A stretch of 64,000 bases of DNA from a virus, in IMG/VR virus record IMGVR_UViG_3300034190_001539, positions 37,286-101,285 of that record; one strand, 5' to 3'. This document shows positions 26,884-38,800 of the stretch, piece by piece; the first letter of the stretch is position 1; every line of letters starts with the position of its first letter. The position numbers were made by a program, and so were the translations under genes. Under the pieces are notes generated by a model. That model saw only the letters and a program-made list of their open reading frames with translations, was not told the DNA's origin and searched no databases.

Positions 26884-29800
26884 TTATGTTGTGATATTAC
26901 CTGGTACTGGTGCTTTTGAAGGATCGAATTGAGTAGAGCCACCAGCCGGTGGTGCTATAGTACCACCAGCATTGAATGAAAATTTACCTACCGAAGTTAC
27001 TGTAGTGTGTACTTCATTTCCATATCCTCTAATTGATACGCCTGGTTCTATTTTTATTCCACGCTTTGCATTATTAGAATTTGAATCAATACTACCTGAT
27101 GCTATAGAAAATGTTGCAATATTACCACCAGTTGCTGTAACAGCACCTGACATTGATACATTACCACTAGCATCCACATTAAAATTATCTGTTACGACAA
27201 CTATTTTTCCACTTACGGATTGAATATATCCTGCGTTAGTACCACCATTTTTGATTAAAACATCCCCATCAGCATCTACAAAGAATCCTTTTTCTGTACT
27301 TGCCGTATCTGTAACACTATCTACTGTTCCTAATTTAAGTGATGTCTGTGTAAGCTTAAAGTTTGTTGAACCTAATGAAAAAACTTCAGATTTAATATTA
27401 AGTACTGGATTTGCGTCTGAAGCAAAGATTATTGCATTATCACCGGAATCATCACTTATTTCAAATTTAGGAATGTCATCGTCTATACCAAGAACAAAAC
27501 CAATTTGGTCATTATCAAATGCATTAAAAGGATCATCAAAATGTGCACCACCAGCTATGAAACTATCAGTACCACCCGCTATCTTTACCTTATTACCTAA
27601 AGACATTGAAGCTTGTGTTGCAGATATTCCAATACCAGAAGCTACGCTTGTTGATTCTATTGAGCCAGACTTTATCGTAAATCCACCTATTGTACCTTCT
27701 ACAGCATTTACTTTTCTAACTATCACATCTCCATCAGTTTTTATGTGAAATTTAGATGAACTTACTTCAAAACCAGTACCAGTATCAAATTTTAAAAAGG
27801 CAGTAGAACTACCTACTCTAAATACACTTCTACTTCCATCGTCTCTTGTACCAAGTATTATAGGTATAGAAGTATTTGATTCTAACGCTACACCACCGCC
27901 TACATTATTACCTATGAGTATACCAAGAGCGTCATCACCATCTATTTGTAGATTACCAGAATTAGCATCTATTCTTATTCTTTCTGTAGATGATTGATTA
28001 AAATTTATATTAGAATCACCGATTGACCAACCACCTACTTTTAATACATTACTTTCATACTTAAAATTACTTCCAATAGACATTCTGTTGCCAGGTCCAT
28101 CAATAAAAGTTCTATTACTTTGACCAAAGTTATGTGTACCAGTTCCTAATGAAAGAACACCACTACCACTTAATATTGCATTTGGTACATTTGAAGTTTG
28201 TTTTGAAGATGATATAACCCCACCACCAATAGTCCAACCACCAGCAGTTAATGTATCGTCTACATAAGAAAATGTCGAACCTACATAAAATACAGGTTTA
28301 GTAGAAGCACTAACGAAGAACAATCCATCGGTTGGTGTACCAGTTGCTGTTGTAGCACCAGTTCCGAGTGCGATTGAAGCGTTATTACCATTTATATCCG
28401 CTACAGTTCCACTACTTAATCTACCAGGTATTAATTCCCAACCAGCTAATTTAGCTTTATTTGCTGTTATTAATACCGAAGCACTATCTTGACTTCCCGA
28501 TACTTGACCTGTTCCACTAAATACTGCAAATCCATATGGTGAATCTACTGTTCCGTCATTTAGTGGTAATTTTCCTAATACTAATTTTGGTTCTCCATAA
28601 TCTATACTACCAGTCCAAATTGTTAGGGATTGACTAAAAGCACTAAGAGCCACACTACCACCAGCATTGTCACTCTTTATTGTTCCTGGCATCAAATCCC
28701 AACCAGCAATCATATTTTGACCTTGACCAAGTTCTGCTATTAGATTTCCATCAGCAGTTCCACCACCATTAAATATTTTTAATCCATAAACACTACCACC
28801 ATCAACTTCACCTAAGTATATTCTATCATTACTTCCATCGTTAATTGTAATTCTTTTTGCAGCTGCACTTATTGTTATTATATCAGATGGACTTGTTATA
28901 GCTGCTGTTGATATTGTCCATCCAGCGATTGTATTTCCACCCTCACCTAATTCTACAAGTATATCACTATCGGCTGTACCAGTTCCATCAAATATTTTTA
29001 GTCCATAAACAGTACCATCATCAACCTCACCCAAATGAATCATCTCAGTACCATTGGTTTTAGAGATAGTAATTCTCTCAGTAGCAGCGTCTATATTTAT
29101 TGTATTGCCAGAACTACTTATAGCAGTTGCTCCTATTCCCCAACCACCGATATTACCTGTTTTAGCATTTATAGCACCCTCTAAGTAAACAGAACCTGAT
29201 GCCCATAATCCAAAATTACTATTATCTCCAGAATCTCCGTCTTTATCTAAACTACCAAATCTAGGAGAAGTTATTCCAGCTAAATTACCAAGCCTCACTA
29301 CAGCAGAACCACTATTTGAGTTTACATCTATAAAAGGGCTATTAGGTGAAGAAGCATCAATAGCTACTGTACCACCATTTATTCTGGCAGCCGTTGAACC
29401 AACATTTATATTATCTAAATCTCCTATTACATTGTCCACATTGTATGTATCAAAATCTCCACTTGTAGTTTTACTTCCAGCTATTTGAAATTGTACAGCA
29501 TTTATATTTCCAGCATCATTCGCATCTTTGAAAAGTAAAATATCATTGTCGCTGAATGTAGCAGATTTAGTATTATCAAATGTAACAGTACCACCACTTT
29601 GAGAAGAGCCTGATACGACACCACTATCTGATACGAATAAAATACCATTAGTTGCTTTGACAATATCTTTTTGGAATATATGTGTTCTTAAAGTATTTCT
29701 TACTACTATATTATCTACCTCTAACAATGTTCCATTGGAAGCATTATCTTGTATTCTAAATCCATCACCAGTTATACCTGATATAAAAGTTGAAGTTCCT

Positions 29801-32800
29801 AAAGTTTTTGTGTCAGCAAATGTAACATCACCAGTTACGGCTAATGTACTTCCATCAAAAGTAAGATTAGCTTCAGCGTTCATAGCGTCTGTACCAGTAG
29901 CAGTTACAACCCTATTGTTTGAACCATTTGCCATAAAGTCTGAGACATCTACTGAAATTGCATCTGCGGCAACATCAATTCCTGTTCCAGCACCTACTGC
30001 GAGAGTTCTATTAGCTGCTATAGTTCCACCGCCTGTTAAACCATCGCCTGATATAACCGATACTGCTGAGTGGTCAATGTGTTCATTAGCAACAAATCCA
30101 CTTAAATTATCGTGTACGATTTCACTATCTGTAGTTGTTATTTCATTAGCGTTAGCAGTTATACCTGTTCCGCCAACTACATTTATTGTTCTATTTGCAG
30201 CTATTGTTCCACCGCCGGTTAATCCGGCACCTGCTATAACACTTACTGAACTATGGTCTATATGTTCATTTGATACAAATCCACTTAAATTATCGTGAAC
30301 GATCTCACCATCTGTGGTTGTTATTTCATTAGCGCCGACAGTTATACCTGTTCCACCTATAACATTTAAAACTGAGTTGGTGGCAGTCATACCAGCTCCA
30401 GCTAATAAGGTTGCTACATCAGCAAATGCTTCTTTTTTAAGAGTACCAGTTGCCCCACCATCTAAAAATAATACATAATCCCCATTTGCTAAAGTTTCTT
30501 CACCAGCCTCAGACAAATCAACATCTATCTGATTTGCTTGGACATCTACAAAATTACCAGCTATAGCATTTACTGTAATCGAACCACCTAATGTTACAGT
30601 ACCCCCACCAGTCAAACCTGTTCCAGCAGTTACTGTCACAGCATCTTCTGCTAATCGACTAATTGGTATTTCATCATTATCAATTTCAGCAACTATTGCT
30701 GCGGCTAATTCATCTGATATACCACTAGCTTCAAGCCTACCAAACGAACCTGTTGAGGTTGATGAACCACTTATTGCATGTCCAGTTCCCACGAACTCAA
30801 TTCCTGTTCCTGTGCTATCATTTCTGATTTTTAATGCTGTTGTACCAGTAGCACTTGCATGGTCATTTACTATTTCAACCAGATTCCTTGTACCTGTGTC
30901 TGAACTATTTGAACCAAAATACGCTATTCTTCCAGTTGTTAAACTATCTGCTCCATCTACCATTAAAACAGAACCACCAGTATTAGCTGGAGTTGGAATA
31001 TAAATAGTTGAGTTTGAAGTTGCTTCTGAATCTATGTAAAGTGCAGCATTATTACCATCCTGATCTATTTCCAATCCATACTGACCTTGATCCTGTTCAA
31101 TTTTTATTCCAGATTCTGCTCCAGTTGCATTATGGACAACCAATGTTGCTTCAGCTGAAGCCAACGATGCCCCAATTCCTGCTCTTTTTGTAGCGTTTAC
31201 CATACCAAACGAACCGGTTGAAGCAGCTGAACCACTTATTATATTACCTGTTAAATTTAAAAGTTCTGTATTATTTACATCGAAGTGTATTTCGTTTGCT
31301 GTTTCAAAATCTATTTTAGTTTGAGCATCTTCACCAATAACTAAATCAGTTTTATAGATAGATTCAATAGTTGTTTGAGCTGCTGTGATAGCAATATCAT
31401 TTGCGTTTGCAGTAATTCCATCCCCACCAATTACATTTATTGTTCGATTAGCTGCTATTGTTCCACCACCAGTCAATCCAGTACCAGCTACAACTGATAC
31501 AGATGAATGGTCTATATGTTCATTAGCAACAAATCCACTTAGATTGTCATGAACTATTTCTGAATCGTTTGTTGTTATGTCATTTGCGTTTGCCGTAATA
31601 CCAGTTCCACCAACTACATTGATAGTTCTGTTAGCTGCGATTGTTCCACCGCCAGTTAATCCGGCACCTGCTATAACACTTACTGAACTATGGTCTATGT
31701 GCTCGTTTGCAACAAATCCACTTAAATTATCGTGAACAATCGCTGAATCATCAGTTGTAACCTCATTAGCTCCTACACTAATACCAGTTCCACCTATAAC
31801 ATTTAAAACCGAATTAGTAGCCGTCATACCAGCTCCAGCTAATAGTGTAGCTACATCAGCAAATGCTTCCTTTTTCAAAGTACCAGTAGCACCACCATCT
31901 AAGAAAAGAACATAATCACCATTTGCTAAGGTTTCTTCGCCAGCTTCTGATAAATCTACATCTATCTGATTTGCTTGAACATCTACAAAATTTCCAGCTA
32001 TAGCATTGACTGTGATTGAGCCACCTAATGTTACAGTACCCCCACCAGTCAAACCTGTTCCAGCAGTAACAGTAACTGCATCCTCTGCTAACTTAGCTAT
32101 TGGGATTTCGTCATCATCTATTTCAGCAACTATCGCTGCGGCTAATCCATCTGATATACCACTAGCTTCAATTCTACCAAATGAGCCTGTAGAAGCAGCT
32201 GAACCGCTTACTATATCGCCTGTTAAGTTTAATAATTCTTTATTGTTTACATCAAAATGTATTTCGTTTGCTGTTTCAAAATCTATCTTAGTTTGGGAAT
32301 CTTCTCCAATTACTAAGTCTGCTTTGTATATAGACTCTATTGTAGTCTGAGCTGCTGTAATAGCAATATCGTTGGCATTTGCAGTTATACCATCTCCACC
32401 AACGACATTAATAGTTCTTGTTGAGGCTATTGTTCCACCGCCTGTTAAACCATCACCAGCAGTTATAGAAACTCCACTGTGGTCTATGTGTTCGTTTGCT
32501 ACAAAACCACTTAAATTATCGTGTACGATTTCTGAATCATTAGTTGTTATATCATTTGAATTTGCAGTAATACCTGTACCACCAACTACATTTATTGTTC
32601 TATTTGCAGCTATTGTACCGCCACCTGTTAAACCAGCACCTGCTGTGATTGAAACAGATGAATGGTCTATGTGTTCGTTTGCTACGAATCCACTTAAATC
32701 ATCGTGAACTATTTCTGAATCGTTTGTTGCTATATCGTTTGCGTTTGCCGTAATACCAGTTCCACCAACTACATTAAAAGTTCTATCACTAGCTAATGTA

Positions 32801-35800
32801 CCACCGCCTGTTAAACCAGCTCCAGCAGTTAATGTCCTACCTTGTAATGTATCTACATTACCTTCTTCGGTTGTTACTCTAGTAGCTAATGATGATGAAA
32901 CAGCAGTGAACGAACCACTAATATTTGAGGCTAATGTCGAATCTGAAAAGTCTACTGCTAAATTTTCTGAACCTTCATCTTTAAGTCCAGTCCCTGCAAA
33001 GTCACTAACATCTACTCCTATATTTTCTGAACCAAGGTCTTGTAAACCATCTCCTACAAAATCACTTACATCTACATTTAATGTTACTGAACCACCTAAT
33101 GTTACAGAACCACCAGTTTTTAAACCATCACCAGCAGTTATTGTTACAGCATCCTCTGCTAGTTTTGCTATCGGAATTTCATCATCATCAATTTCTGCTA
33201 CAATCGCTGCGGCTAATCCATCCGATATACCGCTAGCTTCTATTCTTCCAAATGAACCAGTCGAAGCAGCTGAGCCACTTACTATGTCGCCAGTTAAATT
33301 TAATAATTCTTTATTGTTTACATCGAAGTGTATTTCGTTTGCTGTTTCAAAATCTATTTTAGTTTGAGCATCTTCACCTATAACCAAATCAGCTTTATAA
33401 ATGGATTCAATAGTTGTCTGAGCTGCTGTGATAGCAATATCATTTGCGTTTGCAGTAATTCCATCCCCACCCACAACGTTAATAGTTCTGTTAGCCGCTA
33501 TAGTACCGCCACCTGTTAAACCAGCACCTGCTGTGACTGATACACTACTATGGTCTATATGCTCATTTGCTACGAACCCACTTAAATCATCGTGTACTAT
33601 TTCAGAATCGTTTGTTGCTATGTCATTTGCGTTTGCAGTAATACCAGTTCCGCCAACCACATTAAAAGTTCTATCGGAAGCTAATGTTCCACCGCCAGTT
33701 AAACCTGCACCAGCAGTCAATGTTCTACCTTGTAATGTGTCTACATTACCTTCTTCGGTTGTGACTCTACTAGCTAATGAGGATGATAAAGCAGTAGAAG
33801 AACCAGTGACATTTGAGGCTAATGTGGAATCCGAAAAATCGACATTGAAAGTTCTACTAGCTGCTATAGTACCACCACCACTTAAACCAGTACCAGCAGT
33901 CAATGTTACTCCACTATGGTCTATGTGTTCGTTTGCTACGAAGCCACTTAAATTATCGTGTACAATCTCACTATCTGTGGTTGTAATCTCATTAGCATTA
34001 GCAGTTATTCCAGTCCCACCAACAACGTTTAGTGTGACTGCGCCAGTATCACCACCACCTGTTAAACCATCACCAGCAGTTACACTCGTAATGTCTCCCT
34101 CACTAACTTGAAGTCTAGATGAAATAGAAGCTGAAAAGTCTGTTAGGTTGGTTGATGCTCCACCAAATCCAGCAACATTAACTGCGCCAAATGAACCTGT
34201 AGAAGCAGCTGAACCACTTATTATATCACCAGTTAAGTTAAGAAGTTCTGTGTTGTTTACATCAAAGTGTATTTCGTTTGCTGTTTCAAAGTCTATCTGA
34301 GTTTGAGAATCTTCACCAATTACTAAGTCTGCTTTATAAATTGATTCAATAGTTGTTTGAGCTGCTGTAATGGCTATATCATTGGCATTAGCCGTAATTC
34401 CATCACCACCAACTACATTTATTGTTCTATTTGCAGCTATAGTTCCACCACCAGTCAATCCAGCACCAGCCGTAACTGATACAGATGAGTGATCGATATG
34501 CTCATTAGCAACGAACCCACTTAAATTATCGTGTACGATTTCAGAATCGTTTGTAGCAATATCATTTGCATTTGCTGTAATACCAGTTCCGCCAACTACG
34601 TTAAAAGTTCTATCAGAAGCTAATGTTCCACCGCCTGTTAAACCAGCACCAGCAGTTAAAGTTAATGATTGAAAAGAACCACTAATATCATCACCAGCAT
34701 CAGAACCAAATGATGAATTCCAAACACCATTGGATATTGTTGTACCATCTATTGCACTATTTATTGTACTTCCTGCTATGATATGTACGTGATTTCCTTT
34801 AGCAAACTCTCCAACATTTCCATCACTAGCAGTAGTTCCTATCGCTTCGGGATCGGCTGTGTAAGCCTGTAAGGCTGGAGCACCTAATGTTCCAGCAACT
34901 TGACTATCGTTTGTAAAACTTTCTCTGTTTATAGCAGTTCCAAAATTAGCTACTCCACTACCACCTCTAATCTCAATACCAGCTCCAGTCATTTTAATAA
35001 AACTATCTTCTGAGTTGTATATTAATAAACCTTGTGGTGTTAATTCTACTTTTCTCGTATTACTACGAACAGAAAAATTATCGAATGTTATTTCAGTTTC
35101 AGGATTCTCTGCGGTTGTACTTCCAACTACTGTTTTGGTAAATGTTTTCTTACCTAAACCTGTATTTACAGTTCCCTTATTACCTGCAAAAAGTGGTTTT
35201 TCTACAGTAAAACCAGTATCATCATTAATACTTCCTGTTAATACAAGCTTTATATAAACGGCAGCTTCTGGTAATTCAGCCGAAGCACCAAAACTATTGT
35301 ATTGTCCACTTCCTAAAAAGTATTCACCATAACCATTTGAAGCAGTATATTCATTTTCAGGTAAAAATGGAATCCAACCATTACCGCCTGAAGCACTATA
35401 TTCTGCTCTAAAATATTGTGGGCCTAATGCCCTATCTTTTCCAATTTTATTAAATGATGAACTAAATCTAGCAACCGAACTAAAACTTATAGTATCACCA
35501 GCTGCAAAAGATTCTGTCATAATGTTTTCTAATAGGTACTGATTACTTCCTGTATAATTAACTGCTCCGCTTGGTACAACAATGTCTAAAGTATTGTCTC
35601 CACTTACTGCTTGATCGTCACCTGAATAACCACTCCTATCGGTTAATGAAACAAAAACAGCATCGGTTGTAGAGAAAGACCAACTGGTAATATTAGAACC
35701 AGACCTTACATTTCTACCAGCTGCTATTGTTTGATCTTCAAAACTTTTATTTCCTATATATTGTTGTCCACCACCTATTGTTTGAAATGAACCTGATTTT

Positions 35801-38800
35801 ATAGATACTCTTTCAACACCAAGATTATCCTTTACATTTAGCCCATGCGTAACACTACTCAATTCAACTGTTTCTTCTTCGTTTATAAGTTTATCAGATT
35901 CTATATTAAATCCACCTATTTTTCCACCACTAAATAAAACTTGTGAGCCTGTAATTTCTCCAGTACTTTTTAATATTAATTTATCGTTTGATGAATTTAT
36001 TTGAGTTTGTGCTATTTCAAATCCACCAATAGTACCTGTTCCTGTAACATCAATATTTCCATCAAATAATGCTGATGAGCCTGTTATATCTCCATTTTCT
36101 TTAATATTAAATTTTGAAGTACTAATAAACATATGTTCATCTAATGGTAATCCACCTGTCTTTGGGCTACCACTTATGAATATATTAGCACTATGAAATG
36201 AATGACTATCGGTAGTAAACCCTCCGATTAAACCAGCGCTAGCAGTAATTGTACCAATAAATGTGGCACCACTTGCTATAAGAATACCATCTTTGTCAAC
36301 TGTAAAGTTTGGTCCGAATTTAACATAAGCATTATCAGGGTTTTCAACTGTTGGTGAAAAATCTATATAGTACTCATCTTTTAAAGATAAATTACTCTCA
36401 CCAGTGTCGGTGCCTGGACCTTGGTCTGATTTAAATATAGTAGAGTTGTTAGCATCCATTGTAATATTACTACCACTAATTCTACCATTATCTATTGTAA
36501 AGTTTCCAATATTACCACCCTCAGCAGTTATAATACCACTCATAGTAACATTACCTTCTGGTGTTAGATGAAAATTAGAAGAACTTATTTCTATATTACC
36601 CTCAGAACCACTAACAAATTGTCCAGCACCACCTAAGAAAAATTTAGATGAACTCATAATCAAATCAGTTCCATCAAATTGTATTCTACTACCAGTTGGT
36701 TGTCCTACACTAAAAATTTCGTTTTTACTATCTACGTGAAATTTAGATGAACTTATTTCTATATTACCGCTAGAACCACTTAAAAATTGTAAACCCTCTC
36801 TACCGACAAAGAAAGCATCTGCTTGTACATCAAATACGCTTGGGCTAGTTCTAAATTTTAAAGAACCACTTTCTCCAACTAATTCTAAACCAACACCTTT
36901 GTAATTATCCCCACTGTCTGGCAATACAGAACCACTATAAATCATAAATCCATAAGAGCCAGATTGTGCTGATGCTGATACAAATCCTTGGTAGCCTATA
37001 GAACGAATGAAACCAGATCCTTCAGCACCATCTTTACCAGTTTCAGGTAGTTTTGAATCAACACCACCAAAGTGAATACCACTTCCAGTAGTGTCTCCAC
37101 CTAAGAACATATCACCACTTTGAATATTATCATTACCACTTATTACTATGTTAGCACCAGTAAATACAGAGCCAGTTGTGAAAGCAATCTCATCTGCAAT
37201 ATTATTATTTATATCATAAAACTCAGTTAAAAACTCTAAAGTCTCAGGTCTTTTATGTTGTAATGGAGCAGGAAGTTCTTGTTTAAATTGAATAAACGAT
37301 GGTGAGAATCCTGTATCCGATGATGGTCTAATAGATACATCTGATATATTCCACTTTCCTGATATAACTCTAAACTGAACATTACCATCTCCAGTTAAAT
37401 CAGAGTTGAAATTATGAGTTACTGTTCTAAAATCTTTTTGACTATCTTCATCCGATTCTATTTCTAAAACTCCCAATCTTTTTCCATATTGAGGTGGCTC
37501 TGCTATTTGTTTATTCGTAACATCATCAGTAAATAAATTTATTGCTTTAGTCATTGAAGAACCTGATACATATAATAACATCAATGCTCTACTATCAGTT
37601 CCTTTTTCTGCTCTAGCCTTAAAAGATAAAGTATAATCTATACCAGTTGTTAAATCAAATTTGTATTTGTCTTTTAATTGAAATTTTATTTGGTCTGTGA
37701 ATGTCGATATACTTCCTGATAGCATAACAGAATCCAACATCGAATCATTATCAAAAGAAGCTGTAGTAGTTGCTGTCGGACCTGACAATCCATTTGTGCT
37801 ACCCGACACAACCCAATATGTATCTTTATCTGTTTCGGATACGAAGTAACCTGTTCGTTCTCCGATGCCTACTGAATCAGAGTTTACCAATAACTCAGGA
37901 GATTCTAACGGAACTTCTGCTAGTAATTTAAAATCATCAAAAGCTCCCTCAGCTCTTACATAAACTTTTGCTTTGAATACATCACCTGAAAAAGTTCTCA
38001 TATTACCTAACCTAATGTCGGCATAAGAAACTATATTCTTTAAACTATAAGAAGCGCTAGGTTCTACTTCGTAAAATATTTGAGCATTTGCCCGTACAGG
38101 TAATACTATGTATTCTCCCTCTCTGTTTTGTTTTGTAAAAGGTGTACTTACATATGCTGTTCTACTGTTTTCTAATTGTGCGATAGATCCTGTGTAATGT
38201 GTTGGATGATTTCTATCTTTCGTATCGGTTACTATCTGAAAAGAAACATCACTAGCACGACCTAATCCAACATCTTCTAAAGTTCTATCATTATAAATAG
38301 AAGAAGTAATATCAGAAAATAAAATATCACCACCTATTTGAGTAGTATCAAATTTGTGGTCTCCGCCGGTTATTGTAAAACTATATGGATATTCAATAGG
38401 AGAATTTCTACGTTTTATTCTTTTAGATCTTTTAGTTCTACTATCACCCCTAACACTTTGTTTTTTAGTAGATCGTTTATTTAATTCTTTATCTGCCTTA
38501 TCACCCTTTACATCACCTTTTGGAGGACCTTCTCTTTTTACATCTCTCTGTTCTTTTATTCCAGCACCCTTTGCTAAAAGTTCATCTTCTCCACTTGTAA
38601 ATGGTCTGAATTCAAATCCTGATGCTGGTCTACCCTCAATTTGAAATATTGAAGATGATGCTATAGGAGAACCACCTTCTCTTTCTAAAGTACCAAATCT
38701 TTGTTCTATAGCTCTTAGTTGTGGAGAAGCATAAAATTTTATAGGTTGTATGTTTATTTCTGCTGGATTTATAATAACTTCACGAGTAAGTCTTATATTG

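Noticed and set aside
29960-34680. Diversity-generating retroelement TR/VR pair
   Set aside because: Repeat differences are synonymous rather than adenine-specific, and no reverse transcriptase is in the window.
26972-38644. Multiple plus-strand ORFs (61-227 aa) inside the giant fibre gene
   Set aside because: Antisense shadows of Gly/Thr/Ala-rich codons; no independent signals.
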